In this document: in pieces, positions 49,875 to 64,000 of the stretch
How the letters are laid out: the number at the start of each line of letters is the position of its first letter
Numbering within the stretch: the first letter of the stretch is position 1
Source of the DNA: Eledone cirrhosa
Taxonomy: Eukaryota
Direction: 5' to 3'
DNA: 64,000 bases
Assembly (NCBI GenBank): GCA_964016885.1
Contig: OZ024741.1
Coordinates: 36,642,001-36,706,000 of the forward strand
Notes under the pieces: generated by a model
The model's database searches: none
The model's input: only the letters and a program-made list of their open reading frames with translations
Told to the model about the DNA's origin: nothing
Translations under genes and position numbers: made by a program

Positions 49875-52800
49875 TGCATTTTATCATAGCACCAGCACTA
49901 CCTCATTACAACATGAACTGGGTGTATTTTATCATGGTACCAGCACTACCTCATTACAGCATAGACTGGGTGTATTTTATCATGGCACCAGCACTACCTC
50001 ATTACAGCATGGACTGGGTGTATTTTATCAGGGCACCAGCACTACCTCATTACAGAGTGGACTGGGTGTATTTTATCATGGCACCAGCACTACCTCATTA
50101 CAGGGTGGACTCGGTGTAATCTATCATGGCACCAGCACTACCTCATTACAGGGTGGACTGGGTGTAATTTATCATGGCACCAGCACTACCTCATTAAAGG
50201 GTGGACTGGGTGTATTTTATCAGGGCACCAGCACTACCTCATTACAGAGTGGACTGGGTGTATTTTATCATGGCACCAGCACTACCTCATTACACGGTGG
50301 ACTGGGTGTAATTTATCATGGCACCAGCACTACCTCATTACAGAGTGGACTGGGTGTATTTTATCATGGCACCAGCACTACCTCATTACAGCATGGACTG
50401 GGTGTATTTTATCATGGCACCAGCACTACCTCATTACAGGGTGGACTGGGTGTAATTTATCATGGCACCAGCACTACCTCATTAAAGGGTGGACTGGGTG
50501 TATTTTATCAGGGCACCAGCACTACCTCATTAAAGGGTGGACTGGGTGTAATTTATCATGGCACCAGCACTACCTCATTAAAGGGTGGACTGGGTGTATT
50601 TTATCATGGCACCAGCACTACCTCATTACAGCATGGACTAGGTGTAATTTATCATGGCACCAGCACTACCTCATTAAAGGGTGGACTGGGTGTAATTTAT
50701 CATGGCACCAGCACTAGCTCATTAAAGGGTAGACTGGGTGTATTTTATCATGCTACCAGCACTACCTCATTACAGGGTGGACTGGGTGTAATTTATCATG
50801 GCACCAGCACTACCTCATTACAGGGTGGACTGGGTGTAATTTATCATGGCACCAGCACTACCTCATTACAGGGTGGACTGGGTGTAATTTATCATGGCAC
50901 CAGCACTACCTCATTAAAGGGTGGACTGGGTGCATTATATCATGGCATCAGCACTACCTCATTACAGCATGGACTGGGTGTATTTTATCATGGCACCAGC
51001 ACTACCTCATTACAGAGTGGACTGGGTGTATTTTATCATGGCACCAGCACTACCTCATTACATAGTGGACTGGGTGTAATTTATCATGGCACCAGCACTA
51101 CCTCATTAAAGGGTAGACTGGGTGTATTTTATCATGGCACCAGCACTACCTCATTAAAGGGTGGACTGGGTGTATTTTATCATGGCACCAGCACTATCTC
51201 ATTACAGAGTGGACTGGGTGTATTTTATCATGGCACCAGCACTACCTCATTACACGGTGGACTGGGTGTAATTTATCATGGCACCAGCACTACTTCATTA
51301 CAGAGTGGACTCGGTGTATTTTATCATGGCACCAGCACTACCTCATTACAGCATGGACTGGGTGTATTTTATCATGGCACCAGCACTACCTCATTAAAGG
51401 GTGGACTGGGTGTAATTTATCATGGCACCAGCACTACCTCATTACAGAGTGGACTGGGTGTATTTTATCATGGCACCAGCACTACCTCATTAAAGGGTGG
51501 ACTGGGTGTAATTTATCATGGCACCAGCACTACCTTATTAAAGGGTGGATTGGGTGTATTTTATCATGACACCAGCACTACCTCATTACAGGGTGGACTG
51601 GGTGTATTTTATCATGGCACCAGCACTACCTCATTAAAGGGTGGACTGGGTGTATTATATCATGGCACCAGCACTACCTCATTACAGCATGGACTGGGTG
51701 TATTTTATCATGGCACCAGCACTACCTCATTACAGAGTGGACTGGGTGTATTTTATCATGGCACCAGCACTACCTCATTACATAGTGAACTGGGTGTAAT
51801 TTATCATGGCACCAGCACTACCTCATTAAAGGGTAGACTGGGTGTATTTTATCATGGCACTAGCACTACCTCATTAAAGGGTGGACTGGGTGTATTTTAT
51901 CATGGCACCAGCACTACCTCATTAAAGGGTAGACTGGGTGTATTTTATCATGGCACTAGCACTACCTCATTAAAGGGTGGACTGGGTGTATTTTATCATG
52001 GCACCAGCACTATCTCATTACAGAGTGGACTGGGTGTATTTTATCATGGCACCAGCACTACCTCATTACACGGTGGACTGGGTGTAATTTATCATGGCAC
52101 CAGCACTACCTCATTACAGAGTGGACTGGCTGTATTTTATCATGGCACCAGCACTACCTCATTAAAGGGTAGACTGGCTATATTTTATCATGGCACCAGC
52201 ACTACCTCATTACATAGTGGACTGGGTGTAATTTATCATGGCACCAGCACTACCTCATTAAAGGGTAGACTGGGTGTATTTTATCATGGCACCAGCACTA
52301 CCTCATTACAGAGTGGACTGGGTGTATTTTATCATGGCACCAGCACTACCTCATTAAAGGGTAGACTGGGTGTATTTTATCATGGCACCAGCACTACCTC
52401 ATTACATAGTAGACTGGGTGTAATTTATCATGGCACCAGCACTACCTCATTAAAGGGTAGACTGGGTGTATTTTATCATGGCACCAGCACTACCTCATTA
52501 CAGGGTGGACTGGGTGTATTTTATCATGGCACCAGCACTACCTCATTACAGAGTGGACTGGGTGTATTTTATCATGGCACCAGCACTACCTCATTACACG
52601 GTGGACTGGGTGTAATTTATCATGGCACCAGCACTACCTCATTACAGAGTGGACTGGGTGTATTTTATCATGGCACCAGCACTACCTCATTACAGCATGG
52701 ACTAGGTGTAATTTATCATAGCACCAGCACTACCTCATTAAAGGGTGGACTGGGTGTATTTTATCATGGCACCAGCACTACCTCATTAAAGGGTGGACTG

Positions 52801-55800
52801 GGTGTAATTTATCATGGCACCAGCACTACCTCATTACAGAGTGGACTGGGTGTATTTTATCATGGCACCAGCACTACCTCATTAAAGGGTGGACTGGGTG
52901 TAATTTATCATGGCACCAGCACTACCTTATTAAAGGGTGGATTGGGTGTATTTTATCATGACACCAGCACTACCTCATTAGAGGGTGGACTGGGTGTATT
53001 TTATCATGGCACCAGCACTACCTCATTAAAGGGTGGACTGGGTGTATTATATCATGGCACCAGCACTACCTCATTACAGCATGGACTGGGTGTATTTTAT
53101 CATGGCACCAGCACTACCTCATTACAGGGTGGACTGGGTGTAATTTATCATGGCACCAGCACTACCTCATTAAAGGGTGGACTGGGTGTATTTTATCAGG
53201 GCACCAGCACTACCTCATTACAGAGTGGACTGGGTGTATTTTATCATGGCACCAGCACTACCTCATTACACGGTGGACTGGGTGTAATTTATCATGGCAC
53301 CAGCACTACCTCATTACAGAGTGGACTGGGTGTATTTTATCATGGCACCAGCACTACCTCATTACAGCATGGACTGGGTGTATTTTATCATGGCACCAGC
53401 ACTACCTCATTACAGGGTGGACTGGGTGTAATTTATCATGGCACCAGCACTACCTCATTAAAGGGTGGACTGGGTGTATTTTATCATGGCACCAGCACTA
53501 CCTCATTACAGCATGGACTAGGTGTAATTTATCATGGCACCAGCACTACCTCATTAAAGGGTAGACTGGGTGTATTTTATCATGGCACCAGCACTACCTC
53601 ATTACAGCATGGACTAGGTGTAATTTATCATGGCACCAGCACTACCTCATTAAAGGGTAGACTGGGTGTATTTTATCATGGCACCAGCACTACCTCATTA
53701 AAGGGTGGACTGGGTGTAATTTATCATGGCACCAGCACTAGCTCATTAAAGGGTAGACTGGGTGTATTTTATCATGGCACCAGCACTACCTCATTACAGG
53801 GTGGACTGGGTGTAATTTATCATGGCACCAGCACTACCTCATTACAGGGTGGACTGGGTGTAATTTATCATGGCACCAGCACTACCTCATTAAAGGGTGG
53901 ACTGGGTGTAATTTATCATGGCACCAGCACTACCTCATTACAGAGTGGACTGGGTGTATTTTATCATGGCACCAGCACTACCTCATTAAAGGGTGGACTG
54001 GGTGTAATTTATCATGGCACCAGCACTACCTTATTAAAGGGTGGATTGGGTGTATTTTATCATGACACCAGCACTACCTCATTACAGGGTGGACTGGGTG
54101 TATTTTATCATGGCACCAGCACTACCTCATTAAAGGGTGGACTGGGTGTATTATATCATGGCACCAGCACTACCTCATTACAGCATGGACTGGGTGTATT
54201 TTATCATGGCACCAGCACTACCTCATTACAGAGTGGACTGGGTGTATTTTATCATGGCACCAGCACTACCTCATTACATAGTGGACTGGGTGTAATTTAT
54301 CATGGCACCAGCACTACCTCATTAAAGGGTAGACTGGGTGTATTTTATCATGGCACTAGCACTACCTCATTAAAGGGTGGACTGGGTGTATTTTATCATG
54401 GCACCAGCACTACCTCATTAAAGGGTAGACTGGGTGTATTTTATCATGGCACTAGCACTACCTCATTAAAGGGTGGACTGGGTGTATTTTATCATGGCAC
54501 CAGCACTATCTCATTACAGAGTGGACTGGGTGTATTTTATCATGGCACCAGCACTACCTCATTACACGGTGGACTGGGTGTAATTTATCATGGCACCAGC
54601 ACTACCTCATTACAGAGTGGACTGGCTGTATTTTATCATGGCACCAGCACTACCTCATTAAAGGGTAGACTGGCTATATTTTATCATGGCACCAGCACTA
54701 CCTCATTACATAGTGGACTGGGTGTAATTTATCATGGCACCAGCACTACCTCATTAAAGGGTAGACTGGGTGTATTTTATCATGGCACCAGCACTACCTC
54801 ATTACAGAGTGGACTGGGTGTATTTTATCATGGCACCAGCACTACCTCATTAAAGGGTAGACTGTGTGTATTTTATCATGGCACCAGCACTACCTCATTA
54901 CATAGTAGACTGGGTGTAATTTATCATGGCACCAGCACTACCTCATTAAAGGGTAGACTGGGTGTATTTTATCATGGCACCAGCACTACCTCATTACAGG
55001 GTGGACTGGGTGTATTTTATCATGGCACCAGCACTACCTCATTACAGAGTGGACTGGGTGTATTTTATCATGGCACCAGCACTACCTCATTACAGCATGG
55101 ACTGGGTGTAATTTATCATGGCACCAGCACTACCTCATTACAGAGTGGACTGGGTGTATTTTATCATGGCACCAGCACTACCTCATTACAGCATGGACTA
55201 GGTGTAATTTATCATAGCACCAGCACTACCTCATTAAAGGGTGGACTGGGTGTATTTTATCATGGCACCAGCACTACCTCATTAAAGGGTGGACTGGGTG
55301 TAATTTATCATGGCACCAGCACTACCTCATTACAGAGTGGACTGGGTGTATTTTATCATGGCACCAGCACTACCTCATTAAAGGGTGGACTGGGTGTAAT
55401 TTATCATGGCACCAGCACTACCTTATTAAAGGGTGGATTGGGTGTATTTTATCATGACACCAGCACTACCTCATTAGAGGGTGGACTGGGTGTATTTTAT
55501 CATGGCACCAGCACTACCTCATTAAAGGGTGGACTGGGTGTATTATATCATGGCACCAGCACTACCTCATTACAGCATGGACTGGGTGTATTTTATCATG
55601 GCACCAGCACTACCTCATTACAGGGTGGACTGGGTGTAATTTATCATGGCACCAGCACTACCTCATTAAAGGGTGGACTGGGTGTATTTTATCAGGGCAC
55701 CAGCACTACCTCATTACAGAGTGGACTGGGTGTATTTTATCATGGCACCAGCACTACCTCATTACACGGTGGACTGGGTGTAATTTATCATGGCACCAGC

Positions 55801-58800
55801 ACTACCTCATTACAGAGTGGACTGGGTGTATTTTATCATGGCACCAGCACTACCTCATTACAGCATGGACTGGGTGTATTTTATCATGGCACCAGCACTA
55901 CCTCATTACAGGGTGGACTGGGTGTAATTTATCATGGCACCAGCACTACCTCATTAAAGGGTGGACTGGGTGTATTTTATCATGGCACCAGCACTACCTC
56001 ATTACAGCATGGACTAGGTGTAATTTATCATGGCACCAGCACTACCTCATTAAAGGGTAGACTGGGTGTATTTTATCATGGCACCAGCACTACCTCATTA
56101 CAGCATGGACTAGGTGTAATTTATCATGGCACCAGCACTACCTCATTAAAGGGTAGACTGGGTGTATTTTATCATGGCACCAGCACTACCTCATTAAAGG
56201 GTGGACTGGGTGTAATTTATCATGGCACCAGCACTAGCTCATTAAAGGGTAGACTGGGTGTATTTTATCATGGCACCAGCACTACCTCATTACAGGGTGG
56301 ACTGGGTGTAATTTATCATGGCACCAGCACTACCTCATTACAGGGTGGACTGGGTGTAATTTATCATGGCACCAGCACTACCTCATTAAAGGGTGGACTG
56401 GGTGTAATTTATCATGGCACCAGCACTACCTCATTACAGAGTGGACTGGGTGTATTTTATCATGGCACCAGCACTACCTCATTACATAGTGGACTGGGTG
56501 TAATTTATCATGGCACCAGCACTACCTCATTAAAGGGTAGACTGGGTGTATTTTATCATGGCACTAGCACTACCTCATTAAAGGGTGGACTGGGTGTATT
56601 TTATCATGGCACCAGCACTACCTCATTAAAGGGTAGACTGGGTGTATTTTATCATGGCACTAGCACTACCTCATTAAAGGGTGGACTGGGTGTATTTTAT
56701 CATGGCACCAGCACTATCTCATTACAGAGTGGACTGGGTGTATTTTATCATGGCACCAGCACTACCTCATTACACGGTGGACTGGGTGTAATTTATCATG
56801 GCACCAGCACTACCTCATTACAGAGTGGACTGGCTGTATTTTATCATGGCACCAGCACTACCTTATTAAAGGGTAGACTGGCTATATTTTATCATGGCAC
56901 CAGCACTACCTCATTACATAGTGGACTGGGTGTAATTTATCATGGCACCAGCACTACCTCATTAAAGGGTAGACTGGGTGTATTTTATCATGGCACCAGC
57001 ACTACCTCATTACAGAGTGGACTGGGTGTATTTTATCATGGCACCAGCACTACCTCATTAAAGGGTAGACTGTGTGTATTTTATCATGGCACCAGCACTA
57101 CCTCATTACATAGTAGACTGGGTGTAATTTATCATGGCACCAGCACTACCTCATTAAAGGGTAGACTGGGTGTATTTTATCATGGCACCAGCACTACCTC
57201 ATTACAGGGTGGACTGGGTGTATTTTATCATGGCACCAGCACTACCTCATTACAGAGTGGACTGGGTGTATTTTATCATGGCACCAGCACTACCTCATTA
57301 CAGCATGGACTGGGTGTAATTTATCATGGCACCAGCACTACCTCATTACAGAGTGGACTGGGTGTATTTTATCATGGCACCAGCACTACCTCATTACAGC
57401 ATGGACTAGGTGTAATTTATCATAGCACCAGCACTACCTCATTAAAGGGTGGACTGGGTGTATTTTATCATGGCACCAGCACTACCTCATTAAAGGGTGG
57501 ACTGGGTGTAATTTATCATGGCACCAGCACTACCTCATTACAGAGTGGACTGGGTGTATTTTATCATGGCACCAGCACTACCTCATTAAAGGGTGGACTG
57601 GGTGTAATTTATCATGGCACCAGCACTACCTTATTAAAGGGTGGATTGGGTGTATTTTATCATGACACCAGCACTACCTCATTAGAGGGTGGACTGGGTG
57701 TATTTTATCATGGCACCAGCACTACCTCATTACAGCATGGACTGGGTGTATTTTATCATGGCACCAGCACTACCTCATTACAGGGTGGACTGGGTGTAAT
57801 TTATCATGGCACCAGCACTACCTCATTAAATGGTGGACTGGGTGTATTTTATCAGGGCACCAGCACTACCTCATTACAGAGTGGACTGGGTGTATTTTAT
57901 CATGGCACCAGCACTACCTCATTACACGGTGGACTGGGTGTAATTTATCATGGCACCAGCACTACCTCATTACAGAGTGGACTGGGTGTATTTTATCATG
58001 GCACCAGCACTACCTCATTACAGCATGGACTGGGTGTATTTTATCATGGCACCAGCACTACCTCATTACAGGGTGGACTGGGTGTAATTTATCATGGCAC
58101 CAGCACTACCTCATTAAAGGGTGGACTGGGTGTATTTTATCATGGCACCAGCACTACCTCATTACAGCATGGACTAGGTGTAATTTATCATGGCACCAGC
58201 ACTACCTCATTAAAGGGTAGACTGGGTGTATTTTATCATGGCACCAGCACTACCTCATTACAGCATGGACTAGGTGTAATTTATCATGGCACCAGCACTA
58301 CCTCATTAAAGGGTAGACTGGGTGTATTTTATCATGGCACCAGCACTACCTCATTAAAGGGTGGACTGGGTGTAATTTATCATGGCACCAGCACTAGCTC
58401 ATTAAAGGGTAGACTGGGTGTATTTTATCATGGCACCAGCACTACCTCATTACAGGGTGGACTGGGTGTATTTTATCATGGCACCAGCACTACCTCATTA
58501 AAGGGTAGACTGTGTGTATTTTATCATGGCACCAGCACTACCTCATTACATAGTAGACTGGGTGTAATTTATCATGGCACCAGCACTACCTCATTAAAGG
58601 GTAGACTGGGTGTATTTTATCATGGCACCAGCACTACCTCATTACAGGGTGGACTGGGTGTATTTTATCATGGCACCAGCACTACCTCATTACAGAGTGG
58701 ACTGGGTGTATTTTATCATGGCACCAGCACTACCTCATTACAGCATGGACTGGGTGTAATTTATCATGGCACCAGCACTACCTCATTACAGAGTGGACTG

Positions 58801-61800
58801 GGTGTATTTTATCATGGCACCAGCACTACCTCATTACAGCATGGACTAGGTGTAATTTATCATAGCACCAGCACTACCTCATTAAAGGGTGGACTGGGTG
58901 TATTTTATCATGGCACCAGCACTACCTCATTAAAGGGTGGACTGGGTGTAATTTATCATGGCACCAGCACTACCTCATTACAGAGTGGACTGGGTGTATT
59001 TTATCATGGCACCAGCACTACCTCATTAAAGGGTGGACTGGGTGTAATTTATCATGGCACCAGCACTACCTTATTAAAGGGTGGATTGGGTGTATTTTAT
59101 CATGACACCAGCACTACCTCATTAGAGGGTGGACTGGGTGTATTTTATCATGGCACCAGCACTACCTCATTAAAGGGTGGACTGGGTGTATTATATCATG
59201 GCACCAGCACTACCTCATTACAGCATGGACTGGGTGTATTTTATCATGGCACCAGCACTACCTCATTACAGGGTGGACTGGGTGTAATTTATCATGGCAC
59301 CAGCACTACCTCATTAAAGGGTGGACTGGGTGTATTTTATCAGGGCACCAGCACTACCTCATTACAGAGTGGACTGGGTGTATTTTATCATGGCACCAGC
59401 ACTACCTCATTACACGGTGGACTGGGTGTAATTTATCATGGCACCAGCACTACCTCATTACAGAGTGGACTGGGTGTATTTTATCATGGCACCAGCACTA
59501 CCTCATTACAGCATGGACTGGGTGTATTTTATCATGGCACCAGCACTACCTCATTACAGGGTGGACTGGGTGTAATTTATCATGGCACCAGCACTACCTC
59601 ATTAAAGGGTGGACTGGGTGTATTTTATCATGGCACCAGCACTACCTCATTACAGCATGGACTAGGTGTAATTTATCATGGCACCAGCACTACCTCATTA
59701 AAGGGTAGACTGGGTGTATTTTATCATGGCACCAGCACTACCTCATTACAGCATGGACTAGGTGTAATTTATCATGGCACCAGCACTACCTCATTAAAGG
59801 GTAGACTGGGTGTATTTTATCATGGCACCAGCACTACCTCATTAAAGGGTGGACTGGGTGTAATTTATCATGGCACCAGCACTAGCTCATTAAAGGGTAG
59901 ACTGGGTGTATTTTATCATGGCACCAGCACTACCTCATTACAGGGTGGACTGGGTGTAATTTATCATGGCACCAGCACTACCTCATTACAGGGTGGACTG
60001 GGTGTAATTTATCATGGCACCAGCACTACCTCATTAAAGGGTGGACTGGGTGTATTTTATCATGGCACCAGCACTACCTCATTACAGAGTGGACTGGGTG
60101 TATTTTATCATGGCACCAGCACTACCTCATTACATAGTGGACTGGGTGTAATTTATCATGGCACCAGCACTACCTCATTAAAGGGTAGACTGGGTGTATT
60201 TTATCATGGCACTAGCACTACCTCATTAAAGGGTGGACTGGGTGTATTTTATCATGGCACCAGCACTACCTCATTAAAGGGTAGACTGGGTGTATTTTAT
60301 CATGGCACTAGCACTACCTCATTAAAGGGTGGACTGGGTGTATTTTATCATGGCACCAGCACTATCTCATTACAGAGTGGACTGGGTGTATTTTATCATG
60401 GCACCAGCACTACCTCATTACACGGTGGACTGGGTGTAATTTATCATGGCACCAGCACTACCTCATTACAGAGTGGACTGGCTGTATTTTATCATGGCAC
60501 CAGCACTACCTCATTAAAGGGTAGACTGGCTATATTTTATCATGGCACCAGCACTACCTCATTACATAGTGGACTGGGTGTAATTTATCATGGCACCAGC
60601 ACTACCTCATTAAAGGGTAGACTGGGTGTATTTTATCATGGCACCAGCACTACCTCATTACAGAGTGGACTGGGTGTATTTTATCATGGCACCAGCACTA
60701 CCTCATTAAAGGGTAGACTGTGTGTATTTTATCATGGCACCAGCACTACCTCATTACATAGTAGACTGGGTGTAATTTATCATGGCACCAGCACTACCTC
60801 ATTAAAGGGTAGACTGGGTGTATTTTATCATGGCACCAGCACTACCTCATTACAGGGTGGACTGGGTGTATTTTATCATGGCACCAGCACTACCTCATTA
60901 CAGAGTGGACTGGGTGTATTTTATCATGGCACCAGCACTATCTCATTACAGCATGGACTGGGTGTAATTTATCATGGCACCAGCACTACCTCATTACAGA
61001 GTGGACTGGGTGTATTTTATCATGGCACCAGCACTACCTCATTACAGCATGGACTAGGTGTAATTTATCATAGCACCAGCACTACCTCATTAAAGGGTGG
61101 ACTGGGTGTATTTTATCATGGCACCAGCACTACCTCATTAAAGGGTGGACTGGGTGTAATTTATCATGGCACCAGCACTACCTCATTACAGAGTGGACTG
61201 GGTGTATTTTATCATGGCACCAGCACTACCTCATTAAAGGGTGGACTGGGTGTAATTTATCATGGCACCAGCACTACCTTATTAAAGGGTGGATTGGGTG
61301 TATTTTATCATGACACCAGCACTACCTCATTAGAGGGTGGACTGGGTGTATTTTATCATGGCACCAGCACTACCTCATTAAAGGGTGGACTGGGTGTATT
61401 ATATCATGGCACCAGCACTACCTCATTACAGCATGGACTGGGTGTATTTTATCATGGCACCAGCACTACCTCATTACAGGGTGGACTGGGTGTAATTTAT
61501 CATGGCACCAGCACTACCTCATTAAAGGGTGGACTGGGTGTATTTTATCAGGGCACCAGCACTACCTCATTACAGAGTGGACTGGGTGTATTTTATCATG
61601 GCACCAGCACTACCTCATTACACGGTGGACTGGGTGTAATTTATCATGGCACCAGCACTACCTCATTACAGAGTGGACTGGGTGTATTTTATCATGGCAC
61701 CAGCACTACCTCATTACAGCATGGACTGGGTGTATTTTATCATGGCACCAGCACTACCTCATTACAGGGTGGACTGGGTGTAATTTATCATGGCACCAGC

Positions 61801-64000
61801 ACTACCTCATTAAAGGGTGGACTGGGTGTATTTTATCATGGCACCAGCACTACCTCATTACAGCATGGACTAGGTGTAATTTATCATGGCACCAGCACTA
61901 CCTCATTAAAGGGTAGACTGGGTGTATTTTATCATGGCACCAGCACTACCTCATTACAGCATGGACTAGGTGTAATTTATCATGGCACCAGCACTACCTC
62001 ATTAAAGGGTAGACTGGGTGTATTTTATCATGGCACCAGCACTACCTCATTAAAGGGTGGACTGGGTGTAATTTATCATGGCACCAGCACTAGCTCATTA
62101 AAGGGTAGACTGGGTGTATTTTATCATGGCACCAGCACTACCTCATTACAGGGTGGACTGGGTGTAATTTATCATGGCACCAGCACTACCTCATTACAGG
62201 GTGGACTGGGTGTAATTTATCATGGCACCAGCACTACCTCATTAAAGGGTGGACTGGGTGTATTATATCATGGCATCAGCACTACCTCATTACAGCATGG
62301 ACTGGGTGTATTTTATCATGGCACCAGCACTACCTCATTACAGAGTGGACTGGGTGTATTTTATCATGGCACCAGCACTACCTCATTACATAGTGGACTG
62401 GGTGTAATTTATCATGGCACCAGCACTACCTCATTAAAGGGTAGACTGGGTGTATTTTATCATGGCACCAGCACTACCTCATTAAAGGGTGGACTGGGTG
62501 TATTTTATCATGGCACCAGCACTACCTCATTACAGCATGGACTGGGTGTATTTTATCATGGCACCAGCACTACCCCATTAAAGGGTGGACTGGGTGTAAT
62601 TTATCATGGCACCAGCACTACCTTATTAAAGGGTGGACTGGGTGTATTTTATCATGACACCAGCACTACCTCATTACAGGGTGGACTGGGTGTATTTTAT
62701 CATGGCACCAGCACTACCTCATTAAAGGGTGGACTGGGTGTATTATATCATGGCACCAGCACTACCTCATTACAGCATGGACTGGGTGTATTTTATGGCA
62801 CCAGCACTACCTCATTACAGAGTGGACTGGGTGTATTTTATCATGGCACCAGCACTACCTCATTACATAGTGGACTGGGTGTAATTTATCATGGCACCAG
62901 CACTACCTCATTAAAGGGTAGACTGGGTGTATTTTATCATGGCACCAGCACTACCTCATTAAAGGGTGGACTGGGTGTATTTTATGGCACCAGCACTATC
63001 TCATTACAGAGTGGACTGGGTGTATTTTATCATGGCACCAGCACTACGTCATTACACGGTGGACTGGGTGTAATTTATCATGGCACCAGCACTACCTCAT
63101 TACAGAGTGGACTGGCTGTATTTTATCATGGCACCAGCACTACCTCATTACAGCATGGACTGGGTGTATTTTATCATGGCACCAGCACTACCTCATTACA
63201 GGGTGGACTGGGTGTAATTTATCATGGCACCAGCACTACCTCATTAAAGGGTGGACTGGGTGTATTTTATCAGGGCACCAGCACTACCTCATTACAGAGT
63301 GGACTGGGTGTATTTTATCATGGCACCAGCACTACCTCATTACACGGTGGACTGGGTGTAATTTATCATGGCACCAGCACTACCTCATTACAGAGTGGAC
63401 TGGGTGTATTTTATCATGGCACCAGCACTACCTCATTACAGCATGGACTGGGTGTATTTTATCATGGCACCAGCACTACCTCATTACAGCATGGACTGGG
63501 TGTATTTTATCATGGCACCAGCACTACCTCATTACAGGGTGGACTGGGTGTAATTTATCATGGCACCAGCACTACCTCATTAAAGGGTGGACTGGGTGTA
63601 TTTTATCATGGCACCAGCACTACCTCATTACAGCATGGACTAGGTGTAATTTATCATGGCACCAGCACTACCTCATTAAAGGGTAGACTGGGTGTATTTT
63701 ATCATGGCACCAGCACTACCTCATTAAAGGGTGGACTGGGTGTAATTTATCATGGCACCAGCACTAGCTCATTAAAGGGTAGACTGGGTGTATTTTATCA
63801 TGGCACCAGCACTACCTCATTACAGGGTGGACTGGGTGTAATTTATCATGGCACCAGCACTACCTCATTACAGGGTGGACTGGGTGTAATTTATCATGGC
63901 ACCAGCACTACCTCATTACAGGGTGGACTGGGTGTAATTTATCATGGCACCAGCACTACCTTATTAAAGGGTGGATTGGGTGTATTTTATCATGACACCA
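49875..64000. repeat. 48-bp tandem satellite, ~294 monomers, higher-order structure, runs off the window end
   Basis: Monomer CCTCATTA(C/A)AG(A/G)GTGGACTGGGTGTA(T/A)TTTATCATGGCACCAGCACTA; phase is kept except for 3-nt deletions near 62795 and 62985. Confidence 0.98.

Noticed and set aside
49847-50119. ORFs of repeated MAPALPHYRVDWVYFI (also 63368..63553)
   Set aside because: By-product of a 48-bp (16-codon) monomer; common variants create TAA stops throughout the array.
49875-64000. CRISPR-like look (constant repeat plus short variable slot)
   Set aside because: The variable part is only ~8 nt with a few recurring alleles, there are no unique spacers or cas genes, and the context is eukaryotic.

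Overview
This is AT-rich, repeat-dominated eukaryotic DNA; the SINE/RTE repertoire suggests an octopus-type cephalopod (inference). I see no intact host gene, only a few candidate exons. Contents: many tRNA-derived SINEs, RTE-clade LINE copies with (GAT)n tails (the best copy has a PHD finger inserted inside its RT), a near full-length frameshifted Penelope-like element (RT + GIY-YIG) with direct and inverted pseudo-LTRs, a decayed Tx1/L1-clade LINE bounded by (CTAT)n, piggyBac- and mariner-type MITEs, and a >14 kb 48-bp satellite from ~49.9 kb to the window end. The most notable signals are: (1) a family of minimal type I hammerhead ribozyme motifs, including an identical divergent pair in a ~300-bp palindrome; (2) the 48-bp satellite derives from a sub-repeat in the RTE 3' UTR and has a higher-order repeat (46/52/30 monomers); (3) the Penelope copy is bracketed by an inverted duplication that includes flanking DNA; (4) the Tx1 element may be (CTAT)n-specific. 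Most short ORFs in the track are microsatellite artefacts. All alignments and folds were done by eye.
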